From positions 320,001-384,000 of the forward strand of contig CAWFJJ010000024.1 in assembly GCA_963816185.1 (NCBI GenBank): DNA of 64,000 nucleotides, written 5' to 3'. The stretch's first letter is position 1. Every line of letters starts with the position of its first letter. Made by a program: the position numbers and the translations under genes. The notes below the pieces were generated by a model. The model worked only from the letters and a program-made list of their open reading frames with translations. It searched no databases and was not told the origin of the DNA. Of the stretch, positions 37,392 to 48,800 are shown one piece after another. The stretch is from Thermoanaerobaculia bacterium (lineage in GTDB: Bacteria > Acidobacteriota > Thermoanaerobaculia > UBA5066).

Positions 37392-40013
37392 ATGAAGATG
37401 CTCTTACGCGCGGCACGGTATCTCGGCGCAGCGGCTCTCTTGGTGGCCTCCTCAACGATGGCGGCAGGACGGGACGAAGGAGCGCCGCCGCAGGCCGGTA
37501 CGGGTCCGCTTTACCGTTCCGTCACCCGTCATCCGGTGGCGGTCGCCCCGGTCGTCGAAGACCTGGCGACGGCCGCGCGCCGCGATCGCGAGACCCATCG
37601 CTCGCGGCCGCCGATTATGACGAGCCAGCGGTGCCCGGAAATCGACGAGCCTGCGCTCTCTGGAACGAAGCCGGCCACGCGTTCGTCGCGGGGGAGAGCC
37701 CCGCTCTTCCTCGCGACGCCGTCGCCTCTTCCCGATCTGCAATTCGACACGAACCCGTTCTCGAATCTCAACCGTCCCGACAGCGCGATCGCGGCGGGAC
37801 CCTCCGATCTCGTGACCTCAGTCAACTTCGCCTTCCAGGTGCAGGATCTCGACGGCGGGAACGTCGAATCGACCGGTGTCAACTCGTTCTTTCCCGGCGA
37901 TCCCACGCACTCGGTCGGCGATCCTCGGCTGAGCTACGACCAGGCGAGCGGCCGATTCATCATGTCCTGGCTCGGGTTCGACTACCCCGGCACGAACGAG
38001 CCTCCCACTGCGGGCGACTCCTACTGCGACGTGGCCGTCTCCGCGACCTCGGATCCGCGGGGCGCCTGGAACAAGTACACGTTCCACGTCCTTCGCAACG
38101 GGACCGAGCAGATGGACTTCGACAGCCTGGGCTACGACGGCAAGGCGATCTACGTCACCGCGAGGATGCGCGACTTCGCCAACAACACGCAGTTCAGCGG
38201 AAATCGGATCCTGATCCTCGACAAGGCGAAGGCGCTGGCCGGCCAGGCGCTCGCCCCGCTCATCGTGGACGATCTCATGCTGCCCGGCGGGGGTCTCGCC
38301 GAAATCATCAAGCCTGTCGAGTCGGCCGAGCCCGTCACTCCGACCTCGCCGGCGTATTTTCTTTGCGCGAAGGGGAACAATGCGGTCGCGCTGTACACGC
38401 TCGCGGATCCTCTCGGATCGCCGTCGTTCGGAAGCGTCTCGATCCCCATCCCGGCGTGGCAGAAGGCCGGACTGGCGCCCCAGGCGGGAGGTCTGCCGGA
38501 CCTGGGTCAGGAGGCGGGAACGCCGCTTCACAAGACGGTGATCCGCGACGGAGTGATCTGGTCGTGCCAGTCCCCCTCCGCGACGGGCGTCGCGGACGAG
38601 CGATCCGGCGTCGTGGTCTACAAGATCGATGCGGCCGCTGGGACTCTCCTCGAGAGCCACGCGATCTCGGATCCGTCCATCTGGTACTACCTGCCGGCCG
38701 TCATGCCGGACCTTTCCGGAAACGCGGTCGTCGTGTTCGCCGGATCGGACGCGACCCACTTCGCCTCCATCTACTACGCGCGATACGTCGCGGCGCTCGG
38801 CGATTTCGAGGCACCGGTGCTGGTGGCGGCGGGCACGACCAACTTCAGCTCGAGCGGGACGCCGCAGAGCGAGGAAGCCTGGGGCGACTACCTGGACGCG
38901 GCGCCCGACGTCGCCAGCGGCAGCCGGGAGATCTGGATCCACGGCGAGCTTCCGGCCACGGCGACGACCTGGAAGATGCACGCCGCGCGCATCCCTTCGA
39001 CTCCGCGGCCGATCATCGGCGTGAGCAGCACCTCCCTGCAGTACGGCACGGTCTGCGTCGGCGAGACGAAGGACGTGACCCTGACCGTATCCAACAGCGG
39101 GACCGCCGACCTCGACGTCGCGAGCATCCTGCGGATCTCGGGAAGCGCGGAGTTCTCCCTCGCCGGAGGCGCGGCGTTGCCAACCACCATCACGCCGGGC
39201 GGCCACGCCGACTACACGATCCGGTTCGCCCCCTCGCTCCCGGCCGGATCTCGGACGGCCGCGTTCCGAGTCGCGAGCGACGACCCTCTGACACCCACGA
39301 TCGACATCGCCACGGCCGGCACCGTCGCGGCCATTCAGATCGGCTCCACGACACATCTCGCTTTCCCGCCGACCGTCATCGGCGGCACGTGCTTCACGCA
39401 GCTGCCCCTTTCGATCCAGAACGCTGGAACCTGCAACCTGACGATCAATGCGGTCGGCGTTAGCGGAGCGGATGCGTCCGAATTCACCCTGGTCGGTCAA
39501 CCCTCGGGAGGATTCCCGGTCACGCTGGCTCCGGGGCAGAGCCTGGGGAGCGGTCTGGCGGTGCAGTTCCGCCCCAGCGCCGTCCGATTCCATCAGGCGC
39601 AGATCGCCGTGACCTATGTCTCGGACCCGGGCGCGCAGCCGCCGGCGACCAGCGCCGTGACGATTCCCGTTTACGGGGAAGGAGTCAACACGGGAGCGCG
39701 CGTCCTCGTGACCTTGAACGGGGTTCCGGTGAGCGAGGTCGAGAAGCTGCATCTGCAGCTCGCCGATCCATCGCGCAACGGCGGAAACGAGGTCACCCAC
39801 GATCTGCCGCTCGTCACGGTCGTCGGGCCGACCCCCGAACTGACGTACCAGTACCACCGCGAGTGGGGCGGCGCGTCGAACCCCGCGGGCGTTCCGCCCG
39901 ACGACTACAAGATCACCGTGACGATTCGCGTGGGTAACAAGCGCCAGACGCAGACGGTGTTCTTCACGATCCAGCCGTGCGGTTTCGCGAACGTGGTCGT
40001 CAGCTTCTTCTAG
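37392..40013 (+). CDS. Secreted protein, probable beta-propeller plus two Ig-like (ASH/choice-of-anchor D type) domains
   Basis: RBS GGAGG, signal peptide; LTVSNSGTADL and LSIQNAGTCNL repeats. Confidence 0.72.
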   Translation: MKMLLRAARYLGAAALLVASSTMAAGRDEGAPPQAGTGPLYRSVTRHPVAVAPVVEDLATAARRDRETHRSRPPIMTSQRCPEIDEPALSGTKPATRSSRGRAPLFLATPSPLPDLQFDTNPFSNLNRPDSAIAAGPSDLVTSVNFAFQVQDLDGGNVESTGVNSFFPGDPTHSVGDPRLSYDQASGRFIMSWLGFDYPGTNEPPTAGDSYCDVAVSATSDPRGAWNKYTFHVLRNGTEQMDFDSLGYDGKAIYVTARMRDFANNTQFSGNRILILDKAKALAGQALAPLIVDDLMLPGGGLAEIIKPVESAEPVTPTSPAYFLCAKGNNAVALYTLADPLGSPSFGSVSIPIPAWQKAGLAPQAGGLPDLGQEAGTPLHKTVIRDGVIWSCQSPSATGVADERSGVVVYKIDAAAGTLLESHAISDPSIWYYLPAVMPDLSGNAVVVFAGSDATHFASIYYARYVAALGDFEAPVLVAAGTTNFSSSGTPQSEEAWGDYLDAAPDVASGSREIWIHGELPATATTWKMHAARIPSTPRPIIGVSSTSLQYGTVCVGETKDVTLTVSNSGTADLDVASILRISGSAEFSLAGGAALPTTITPGGHADYTIRFAPSLPAGSRTAAFRVASDDPLTPTIDIATAGTVAAIQIGSTTHLAFPPTVIGGTCFTQLPLSIQNAGTCNLTINAVGVSGADASEFTLVGQPSGGFPVTLAPGQSLGSGLAVQFRPSAVRFHQAQIAVTYVSDPGAQPPATSAVTIPVYGEGVNTGARVLVTLNGVPVSEVEKLHLQLADPSRNGGNEVTHDLPLVTVVGPTPELTYQYHREWGGASNPAGVPPDDYKITVTIRVGNKRQTQTVFFTIQPCGFANVVVSFF

Positions 40014-40067
40014 CGAGGGACGGAGGGAGGACGCGCCCCGCACGTCAGATAATGATCGTGCGACTCG

Positions 40068-42726
40068 ATGAGCCTGTTGCCCGGCACCCCTCTCGGCCCC
40101 TACGAGATCATCTCGCCCCTCGGGACGGGCGGGATGGGGGAGGTCTACCGGGCGAGGGACACGCGCCTCGCGAGAGATGTCGCGATCAAGATACTGCCGG
40201 AGGATTTCTTAGAGGGTGAAGAGGGGAAGGCAGCGATTTGAGCGGGAGGCGCGCCTCGCTGGCGGCGCTGAGCCACCCCAACGTCGCCGCCATCTTCATT
40301 CCTTCGAAGAAATCCCCGGGTCTTCTCCCCCTTCCCGCCACGTCCTCGTGATGGAGCTCCTCGAAGGGACGACGCTGCGCGACAAGCTGGACTCGGGGCC
40401 GATCGCCCAGCGGCAGGTCGTCGACTACGCCCTCCAGATCGCCAAAGGCCTTTCGGCGGCCCATGAGAAAGGAATCGTCCACCGGGACCTCAAGCCCGAG
40501 AACCTCTTTGTCTCGAAGGACGGTCACGTGAAGATCCTCGACTTCGGTCTGGCGAGAAGGATCGAGCAGGACAGGACCGGAGACGAGACCCGCACGCCGA
40601 CGGAATCGAAGCACACAGAACCGGGCGTCGTCATGGGGACGGTGGGCTACATGTCGCCCGAGCAGGTGCGTGGGCAGCGCGTGGACCACCGCTCGGACAT
40701 CTTCTCGTTCGGGGCGATCCTTTACGAGCTGCTCTCGGGGCAGAGGGCGTTCAAGAGAGACACGGCCGCCGACACCATGTCGGCGATCCTGAAGGAAGAG
40801 CCGCCGGAGCTTTCGGGATCGGGCCGGAACATCTCGCCCGCCCTCGATCGCGTCGTCACGCACTGCCTGGAGAAGGACCGGGGCAACCGATTTCAGTCCG
40901 CGAAGGACATCGCGTTCGCTCTGTCGGAGGCGTCGGGTCAGGCAACGAGCGGGGCACAGGGGAGGGCACCGTCCGCCGTCCCGACGAGAGCCCTCGCCGC
41001 CGTGGCAGCCGTTGCGGTCCTCGCCGTCGCAGGAATTCTCTTTCTTCGTCGTTCTCAAAAGGTCGCGACGGACGCGGGCGGCGTGAAGCGCGTGGCCGTC
41101 CTGCCGTTCGAGAACCTCGGCACACCCGAGGACGACTATTTCGCGGATGGCATCGCGGACGAAATTCGCGGGAAGCTGACATCCTTGTCCGGAGTTCAGG
41201 TGATCGCTCGAGGCAGCTCCACGCCCTACAAGAAAACGAGCAAGACGCAGAGGCAGATCGCCCAGGAGCTGGACGTCAGATACCTCTTGACCGCAACAGT
41301 GCGGTGGGAAAAGGGGACCGGCGCGAGCCGCGTCCACGTCAGCCCGGAGCTCGTCGAAGTCTCCGCTTCCGGAGCGCCGACGTCTAAGTGGCAGCAGCCG
41401 TTCGACGCGGCGCTGACGGACGTCTTCCAGGTGCAGTCCGACATCGCCTCGCGCGTGGCGCAGGCTCTCGGTGTAGCACTCGGCGCGGGCGACGAGAAAC
41501 GGCTCCTGGAGAAGCCCACACGGAACCTCGCCGCCTACGACGCCTTCCTCAAGGGCGAGGACGCCTCGAAAGGCATGGGAGTCATCGATCCGCCCAGCAT
41601 TCGGAAGGCGCTCGAGTTCTACGAGCAGGCCGTCGCGTTGGATCCCGACTTCGGGCAGGCGTGGGCACGAGTATCACAGGCCAGCTCGGGCCTGTATTTC
41701 TTCAGCACTCCCACACCCGTGCTGGCTGAGCGCGCGAAGCAGGCCGCGGAGAGGGCAGTCGTGCTCGATTCCGGCCGGCCCGAGGGGTATCTGGCGCGCG
41801 GCCTGTACGAGCGGCTGGTCGTCGGGGACTCGAACCGAGCCTTGGAGCAGTTCGCAAATGGACGACGGATTGCGCAGGGCGACAGCCATCTCCTCGGGGG
41901 AATCGCGCTGGCCGAGGAGGCTCTCGGACGATGGGAAGCGGCGGTGGAGCACTTCAGGCAGGCGGAGCGCCTCGATCCCCGCTCGCCCGGCCCCTCGGGC
42001 GCTTTCAGCGACCTGCTCGTCCGTCTGCGACGGTACCGCGAGGCGCGCCAAGCCTGTGATCGGGGGCTAGCCTTCGCGCCCGCCAACCTGACCCTGATTG
42101 AGACAAAGGCCATGACGTTCCTCGGGGAGGGAGACCTGGCCGGTGCCAGGGCCACGCTGAAGGCCGCGCCGGCAGGCGTCGAGCCCACCGCACTCGTGGC
42201 CTACGTGGCGACCTACAACGATCTGGTTTGGGTGCTCGACGAGCAGCAGCGCGGGCTGCTCTTGCGGCTGACGCCACACGCATTCGACGACGACCGGGGC
42301 GTTTGGGGACTCTGCCTCACCCAGGCCTGCGCCTTGCTGGGCGATGCGACGAACGCTCGTATCTACGCCGAAGAGGCGAGAAGGACTTTCGAGGAGCAGC
42401 TCGGCGCGGCGGCGGGGGATTCACAGCGTCACGTCGTTCTCGGCCTCGCGCTGGCTTACCTCGGCCGGAAAGAGGAAGCGATTCGGGAAGGCGAGCGCAG
42501 TGTCGCTCTGCTGCCCTTGACCAAGGATGCAGCCGCAGCCCCCTACAACCAGCACCAGCTCGCCCGCATCTACATGCTCGTCGGCGAACAGGAAAAGGCC
42601 CTCGACGTGCTGGAGCCGCTTCTGACGATCCCCTACTACCTGTCGCCCGGCTGGCTCAGGATCGACCCCAACTTCGACCCGCTGCGAAAAAACCCGAGGT
42701 TCCAGAAGCTCGTGGCGGGGAAGTAG
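40068..42726 (+). CDS. Ser/Thr protein kinase with TM, TolB-N-like and TPR regions; frameshifted at about 40225-40300
   Basis: N-terminus [27 protein letters not shown] from 40068 is in a different frame from [32 protein letters not shown]. Confidence 0.82.
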
Positions 42727-42790
42727 GCGAGGCGCCGCTCCAGCCAGCAGGGGGGCTTGTCATATCCTCCGTTCCCATCGGAGGTAACAC

Positions 42791-44824
42791 GTGGCTTCTG
42801 AAGTCTCTCCCGTGAAGCTGACGCACCGCGTCTGCACTCTGTTCGTGCTCGCAGCGCTCTCAAGCGCGCTTCTCTTCGCGCAGCCCGCGACCGCGCAGGC
42901 TCCGGCCGCGAAGGCCGCTCCCACGCCGCCGCCGCCGCCCGTCATGTACCCCGCGTTGCCGAGCGAGATGCCGGCGAGCTTCGTGCCGACGTACGACGGC
43001 TTCGACTACGTGAGGCGCGAGGTGATGATCCCGATGCGCGACGGCGTCAGGCTGCACACGGTCATCCTCGTGCCGAAGTCGGCCCTCGGCGCGAAGAAGG
43101 CGCCGATCCTCCTCACGCGGACGCCCTACGACGCCGACAAGCTCACGACGATCAACGAGAGCTCCCACCTCGGCATGTCGCTCGACGGCTACGACAACCC
43201 CGTCGAGACGATCGTCGAGGGCGGCTACATCCGCGTCGTCCAGGACGTGCGCGGCAAGCACGGCTCCGAGGGCGACTACGTGATGAACCGCCCCGTGCAC
43301 GGGCCGCTGAACCCGACGCCCGTCGACCACGCGACGGACACGTACGACACGATCGACTGGCTCGTGAAGAACGTCCCGGAGACGAACGGCAAGGTGGGGA
43401 TCCTCGGGATCTCGTACGACGGATTCCTGCCGCTCATGGCGCTCGTGAACCCGCACCCCGCGCTCAAGGTCTCCGTGCCGATGAACCCGATGGTGGACGG
43501 CTGGATGGGCGACGACTGGTTCCACAACGGCGCCTTCCGCCAGCTCGGGATTTCGTATTTCTACGATCAGGAAGCGGACCGCAAGTCGGAGAAGAAGTGG
43601 TGGACGAGCCACTTCGACGACTACGACACGTTCATGGAAGCGGGGTCGGCGGGAGAGCTCGGCCGCCGCCGGGGCCTGGAGCAGGTCGGGATGTGGCGAA
43701 AGGTCCTCGCGCATCCGAGCTACGACGCCTTCTGGCGCGATCAGGCCGTCGACAAGGTCCTCGCGGCGCTGCCGCTGAAAGTGCCCGTGATGCTGGTACA
43801 CAGCCTGTGGGATCAGGAGGACATTTACGGCGCGACCGCCGTGTACAAGGCGATCAAGCCCAAAGATACGGGCAACGACAAAGTGTTCCTCGTGATGGGG
43901 CCCTGGTATCACGGCGAGGAGATTCGCGACGGAAGCACTCTCGGTGCGATCAAGTTCGACAGCGACACGGCTCTCACGTTCCGGCGCGAGATCCTTCGGC
44001 CTTTCCTCGACCAGTACCTCGTGGACGGCGCTCCGAAGGCAAACCTCGCACCCGTCACGGCGTTCGAGACCGGGACGAACACGTGGCGTCGGCTTCCTGC
44101 ATGGCCGGCCGGGTGCGCGAGCGGATGCACGGTGAAGGCGACGCCGCTCTATCTCGCCTCCGGGTCCAAGCTCAGCTTCGCCGCGCCGAAGCCGGGCGAC
44201 GGGGCGTTCGAGGAATACGTCTCCGATCCCGCCAGGCCCGTGCCCTTCGTCGCGCGCCCTGTCGTCCCGAACAGCTTCGACAAGGGCACCCAGTGGCGCG
44301 GATGGCTCGTGAGCGATCAGCGGGAGGCGTCCGGACGCCCGGACGTCGCCGTGTTCGAGTCGGACGTCCTGACCGAGCCGCTCAAGATCAGCGGACAGCC
44401 GATCGCGAACCTGGTCGCCTCGACGAGCGGAACGGACTCCGATTGGGTGGTCAAGCTGATCGACGTCTACCCCGACGAAGTCGCGGGCCAGCCGCCGATG
44501 GGCGGGTATCAGCTCGCGGTCTCGATGGACATCTTCCGCGGCCGGTACCGCGAGAGCTTCGAGACGCCGAAGGCGATCGAGGCCGGCAAGGCGCTCCTCT
44601 ACCGCTTCGCGCTCCCGAACGCGAACCACGTCTTCCTGCCGGGACACCGTGTGATGGTGCAGGTGCAGTCGAGCTGGTTCCCTCTCTACGACCGCAACCC
44701 GCAGACGTTCGTCCCGAGCATCTTCTGGGCGAAGCCCGGGGACTACAGGAAAGCCACGCAGCGGATCTACCACGCCCCGGGACAGGCGAGCTTCATCGAG
44801 CTGCCGCTGGTGACGACGCCCTGA
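42791..44824 (+). CDS. CocE/NonD family hydrolase (alpha-amino acid ester hydrolase-like)
   Basis: IPMRDGVRLHT, LTRTPY, QDVRGK, GISYDG nucleophile, DQED, GPWYHG. Confidence 0.9.
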   Translation: MASEVSPVKLTHRVCTLFVLAALSSALLFAQPATAQAPAAKAAPTPPPPPVMYPALPSEMPASFVPTYDGFDYVRREVMIPMRDGVRLHTVILVPKSALGAKKAPILLTRTPYDADKLTTINESSHLGMSLDGYDNPVETIVEGGYIRVVQDVRGKHGSEGDYVMNRPVHGPLNPTPVDHATDTYDTIDWLVKNVPETNGKVGILGISYDGFLPLMALVNPHPALKVSVPMNPMVDGWMGDDWFHNGAFRQLGISYFYDQEADRKSEKKWWTSHFDDYDTFMEAGSAGELGRRRGLEQVGMWRKVLAHPSYDAFWRDQAVDKVLAALPLKVPVMLVHSLWDQEDIYGATAVYKAIKPKDTGNDKVFLVMGPWYHGEEIRDGSTLGAIKFDSDTALTFRREILRPFLDQYLVDGAPKANLAPVTAFETGTNTWRRLPAWPAGCASGCTVKATPLYLASGSKLSFAAPKPGDGAFEEYVSDPARPVPFVARPVVPNSFDKGTQWRGWLVSDQREASGRPDVAVFESDVLTEPLKISGQPIANLVASTSGTDSDWVVKLIDVYPDEVAGQPPMGGYQLAVSMDIFRGRYRESFETPKAIEAGKALLYRFALPNANHVFLPGHRVMVQVQSSWFPLYDRNPQTFVPSIFWAKPGDYRKATQRIYHAPGQASFIELPLVTTP

Positions 44825-44850
44825 TCCGGACCGTCTAATATTGACCCGTC

Positions 44851-45357
44851 ATGAGAAAGAACCTCGCCGCACTCGTCCTCCTTACGGCCGCCGGCGGGGC
44901 CGCCGCCCAGGTCAATCCGGGCGGCAAGATCGTGGAGACCAAGGACGGAATCGTCTTTCAGAGGAACACGCCGGCCCCCCGGCCCACGCCGTCGAGGGCG
45001 GATCGTTCTTCGGACGCCGGCGGCGGACTCGTGACCGTCACGCCCGCGCGCGGCCCGACGGGCCCGGCCGTCGTGAACGCGGCCTTCGTCACGTTCCGGG
45101 GCACGGTCGTGCGGATCGAAAAGGGCACGGCGATCACCATTCTCGACGGCCACACCGGAAGGGAACGGCGTTTGCTGCTCGCCAAGGCCGCGGTCGTTGC
45201 CGAGGGAATCAAGAAAGGCGATGTGGTCGCCCTGCGTGTCCCGCTCGAAGAGGGCTCCGGCGCCCGCACGGCCGATCGGGTGGATCTGCAGAAGGCGCCC
45301 GTCGTGACGGATCAGAAGTCGAAGTTCACGCAGGCGCAGGCGCCCGCGACCCGCTGA
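44851..45357 (+). CDS. Secreted hypothetical protein
   Basis: Signal peptide; beta-rich C-terminus (FRGTVVRIE...IKKGDVV). Confidence 0.6.
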   Translation: MRKNLAALVLLTAAGGAAAQVNPGGKIVETKDGIVFQRNTPAPRPTPSRADRSSDAGGGLVTVTPARGPTGPAVVNAAFVTFRGTVVRIEKGTAITILDGHTGRERRLLLAKAAVVAEGIKKGDVVALRVPLEEGSGARTADRVDLQKAPVVTDQKSKFTQAQAPATR

Positions 45358-45370
45358 TCGGCTGCTCGCC

Positions 45371-47299
45371 GTGACGGATGTCGCTGCGCACAAGGCCCTG
45401 GAGGGCGTGCCGGGGCGTCCGGAGCAGCTTCTCCAGCTCGTCATCGACTCCATCCCGCAACGCGTCTTCTGGAAAGACCGGAACTGCGTCTACCTCGGCT
45501 GTAACCGGTCGTTCGCGCGCGATGCGGGCCTGGACGACCCCTCGCTCATCGTCGGCAAGAACGACTTCGAGCTCGCGTGGAAGGCCACCGCGCATCTCTA
45601 CGTCGCGGACGATCGTCTCGTCATGGAGTCGAACATCGCGAAGGTGGACATCGAGGAGCCGATGACGTTCACGGACGGGCGGACGATCTGGCTCCGGACG
45701 AGCAAGGTCCCGCTGCGCGACGCGGGCGGCGCCGTCTTCGGCATCCTCGGCACGTACGAGGACATCACCGAACAAAAGCGGGCCGAAGCCGAACGGACCC
45801 GCCTCGCGGAGATCGTGGAACAGGCGAGCGAGGGCGTCGTCATGACGGACGTCCTGGGAAACATCACGTACGTCAATCCGGCCTTCGAGAGGGTCTCCGG
45901 GTACAGCCGTGAGGAAGCGGTGGGGAAGAACCCCCGCTTCCTCCAGGGCGGCCGTCGGGACCGGAAGTTCTACGCGGAGCTCTGGGAGACCATCAAAGGC
46001 GGTGGCATCTGGTCGGGACATTTCGTCAACAAACGGAAGGACGGGTCGCTCTTCGAAGAGGAGGGCACGATCTTCCCCGTACGCGACCATGCGGGCCAGA
46101 TCGTGAGCTACGTCGCGCTCAAGAGGGACGTGACTCACGAGATCCGGCTGAAGGAGCAGCTTCAGCAGGCCCAGAAGATGGAGTCCGTGGGCCAGCTCGC
46201 CGGCGGGATCGCTCACGATTTCAACAACCTTCTCACGGCCATCCTGGGTTTCTGCGAGCTCATCCTGGGAGACGAGAAGTCCTCCCATCGAAGCGAGCTC
46301 GAGGAGATCAAGCACGCGGGCGAGCGGGCCGCCGCGTTGACGCGGCAGCTCCTCGCCTTCAGCCGGAAACAGGTTTTCCACCTCGAGCTGCTCGACCTGA
46401 ACGACGTCGTCGTGAACATGGAGACGATGCTCCGCCGGTTGATCGGCGAGGACGTGCGGCTCACGAGCACGCTCTCGTCGAAAATCGGCCTCGTGAGAGC
46501 CGACCGCTCGCAGATCGAGCAGGTTCTCCTGAACCTCGCGGTGAACGCGCGCGACGCGATGCCCGGCGGAGGCGTGCTGAGGATCGAGACCTCGGTCGAG
46601 GAGGTCAGCGAGGAGCTCGCGGCGGCGCACGCGCCCTGCGCGCCCGGCCGGTTCGTGGTGCTCAACGTCTCCGACACCGGCTGCGGGATGGATGCCGAGA
46701 CGCAGCACCGGGTCTTCGAGCCTTTCTTCACGACGAAGCCGAAGGGAAAGGGGACCGGCCTCGGCCTCGCAACGGTGTACGGCATCGTGACGCAGAGCGG
46801 GGGCTTCGTCTCGTTCTCGAGCGAACCGCGGAAGGGGACGAGCTTCCGCGTCTACCTGCCCTGCGCCATGGAGCCCGCCGCGATGAAGATGCTCTCCGGG
46901 TCGTATCCTCCGGCCTCGCCGCGGGGAACCGAGACGATCCTCATGGTCGAGGACGACGACGGCGTCCGCCGTCTCGGGTGCCAGGTGCTGGAGAAGCTCG
47001 GGTACACGGTCCTGTGCGCGGAGTCGGGGCATCAGGCCCTCGATCTCGCGCGGGATCACGAGGGGAAGATCGACCTCGTCCTGACCGACGTCGTGATGCC
47101 GGAGATGAGCGGCCGCGAGGTCGAACGGCGTCTCGCGGAGGCCGGACACGCGGCGCGCGTCCTTTTCATGTCGGGATACTCCGACGACGCCATCCTCCAG
47201 CACGGCGTCCTGGAAACCGGGGTCGCATTTCTCCAGAAGCCGTTCACGCCCGACGCTCTCGGGCGCAAGGTCCGTGAAGTGCTGGACGCTCCCGGATAG
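45371..47299 (+). CDS. Cytoplasmic hybrid histidine kinase (2 PAS, HisKA, HATPase, receiver; CckA-like)
   Basis: [54 protein letters not shown]. Confidence 0.93.
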   Translation: MTDVAAHKALEGVPGRPEQLLQLVIDSIPQRVFWKDRNCVYLGCNRSFARDAGLDDPSLIVGKNDFELAWKATAHLYVADDRLVMESNIAKVDIEEPMTFTDGRTIWLRTSKVPLRDAGGAVFGILGTYEDITEQKRAEAERTRLAEIVEQASEGVVMTDVLGNITYVNPAFERVSGYSREEAVGKNPRFLQGGRRDRKFYAELWETIKGGGIWSGHFVNKRKDGSLFEEEGTIFPVRDHAGQIVSYVALKRDVTHEIRLKEQLQQAQKMESVGQLAGGIAHDFNNLLTAILGFCELILGDEKSSHRSELEEIKHAGERAAALTRQLLAFSRKQVFHLELLDLNDVVVNMETMLRRLIGEDVRLTSTLSSKIGLVRADRSQIEQVLLNLAVNARDAMPGGGVLRIETSVEEVSEELAAAHAPCAPGRFVVLNVSDTGCGMDAETQHRVFEPFFTTKPKGKGTGLGLATVYGIVTQSGGFVSFSSEPRKGTSFRVYLPCAMEPAAMKMLSGSYPPASPRGTETILMVEDDDGVRRLGCQVLEKLGYTVLCAESGHQALDLARDHEGKIDLVLTDVVMPEMSGREVERRLAEAGHAARVLFMSGYSDDAILQHGVLETGVAFLQKPFTPDALGRKVREVLDAPG

Positions 47300-47317
47300 C
47301 GTGGAGGAGAGGCTCTC

Positions 47318-47419
47318 ATGTTCGTCTGTCGGTGGCATCTCGACGAGGCGCTTGCGCCATTCATCCTTCCGGGCTCAACGCCGGGAGGTTTTTCGCGTCC
47401 TCGCCTGAACCCTTCTTGA
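47318..47419 (+). pseudogene. 33-aa ORF with strong RBS, possibly an internally deleted gene remnant
   Basis: GGAGGAGAGG 7 nt before ATG; MFVCRWHLDEALAPFILPGSTPGGFSRPRLNPS. Confidence 0.3.
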
Positions 47420-47435
47420 TAAGATTTGCCGTTCC

Positions 47436-48059
47436 ATGAGCGAAAAGAAGAACTGGGGCTCGACGGTCCTCGGGTGGTTTGTCGTGAAGGAGGACGGAGC
47501 GCCGGGCGACGCGTCTCCTCCGGACGATTCGCCTCCGCCGGCGGCTCCGGAGCCCCCGGCCTTCGTGAAGGAGCCTCCGGCCGCGCCGGGAGGGCAGGTG
47601 GACTTTCCGAAAGTCTACGAGGCCGCCGGTCTGGACGCCGAGGAGCAGGGCCGCGTTGCGAAGGCGGCCGAGCTCCTCGCGGCGCTGCCGGCCGCAACCG
47701 AGCCGGCGATCAAGAAGCAGATCGTCGAGGCCTCGCTGAAGGCGTTCGGAGTGCCGATCGAGAAGATCATCGAAGGCGCCGTGCAGGAGATCCAGGCGCT
47801 CGAGGCCTACATCCGCGCCGGCTCGCTCGACACGCAGAACGTGCACGAGGAGTCCGAGAAACGCATCCGGCAGTTCGAGGGCGAGATCGGGCGCATCAAG
47901 TCGGTCATGGAGAGCCGCACACAGGAGCAGCTGGCCGTGGCCGCGGCGTGCAACGAGAGGAAGCTCGGCATCCAGAAGGTCCTCGAGTTCTTCGGTCAGG
48001 AAACGGTCGCACGCGTCGTCCGCGACTCGCCGAAGCTCGTCGAGCCGCAGGGTTCGTGA
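47436..48059 (+). CDS. Alpha-helical hypothetical protein, first gene of the PspA cluster
   Basis: N-terminal [11 protein letters not shown], Pro-rich linker, coiled-coil C-terminal half. Confidence 0.75.
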   Translation: MSEKKNWGSTVLGWFVVKEDGAPGDASPPDDSPPPAAPEPPAFVKEPPAAPGGQVDFPKVYEAAGLDAEEQGRVAKAAELLAALPAATEPAIKKQIVEASLKAFGVPIEKIIEGAVQEIQALEAYIRAGSLDTQNVHEESEKRIRQFEGEIGRIKSVMESRTQEQLAVAAACNERKLGIQKVLEFFGQETVARVVRDSPKLVEPQGS

Positions 48060-48075
48060 AAGGAAAGGACATCAC

Positions 48076-48789
48076 ATGGCGGACATCGGTTTCTTCCATC
48101 GTCTGGGGAACATCTGGCGGGGCTTCCTGTCGATCTGGATTTCCAACGTCGAGAAGGAGCACCCCGAGATCGCGTACGAGAACGCGATCAACTCGATGGT
48201 GGAGAAGTACGCGAAGCTCAAGTCGGCCACGGCGGCCATCATCCGGCGCCGCGAGGACATCGACGAGCGCCTGAAGAAGTGCACGAAGGACCTCGCCCAG
48301 ACCGAGCTCGAGCTGAACGCCGCCGTCGAGACGAACCAGGACGATCTGGCCGTGGTTCTCATCCAGCGGAAGAACGCGCTCACGGCCGAGTCCACCGAGA
48401 TGCAAGGCGACCTCGGGACGGCGAGCAAGGACGCCGACGCCGCCAAGGCGTCGCTCCTCAACGTGCAGGGCGAGATCCGGAAGCTCAAGGCCGAGCGCGA
48501 CGTCATGCTCGCGAGAATGCAATCGGCCCAGGCGCGCCTGAGGATTCAGGAACAGCTCGACGGCCTCTCGGTCGACGCCGACGTCAAGGCGCTCGACAAC
48601 GTGCGTGAGCACATCAAGAACACGATCGCCGAGGCGAACCTCGGCCAGGAGCTCGCGGGGACCTCGCTCGACGCGCGCCTCGCGGCCCTGAAGACACAGG
48701 CTGGCGACGTCCAGGCGAGGCAGCAGCTCGCCGAGCTGAAGGCGAAGAAGGCCGCCCAGCAGGCCGCCCAGCCCCAGAAGACGATGTAA
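48076..48789 (+). CDS. PspA/IM30 (ESCRT-III superfamily) protein
   Basis: Amphipathic N-helix [17 protein letters not shown] motif, long coiled coil, [34 protein letters not shown]. Confidence 0.85.
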   Translation: MADIGFFHRLGNIWRGFLSIWISNVEKEHPEIAYENAINSMVEKYAKLKSATAAIIRRREDIDERLKKCTKDLAQTELELNAAVETNQDDLAVVLIQRKNALTAESTEMQGDLGTASKDADAAKASLLNVQGEIRKLKAERDVMLARMQSAQARLRIQEQLDGLSVDADVKALDNVREHIKNTIAEANLGQELAGTSLDARLAALKTQAGDVQARQQLAELKAKKAAQQAAQPQKTM

Positions 48790-48800
48790 GGAAGGTCCCC

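Noticed and set aside
44831-44842. CCGTCTAATA, identical to part of the attI-like site
   Set aside because: No GTTRRRY core follows; better read as a -10 box before the 44851 gene
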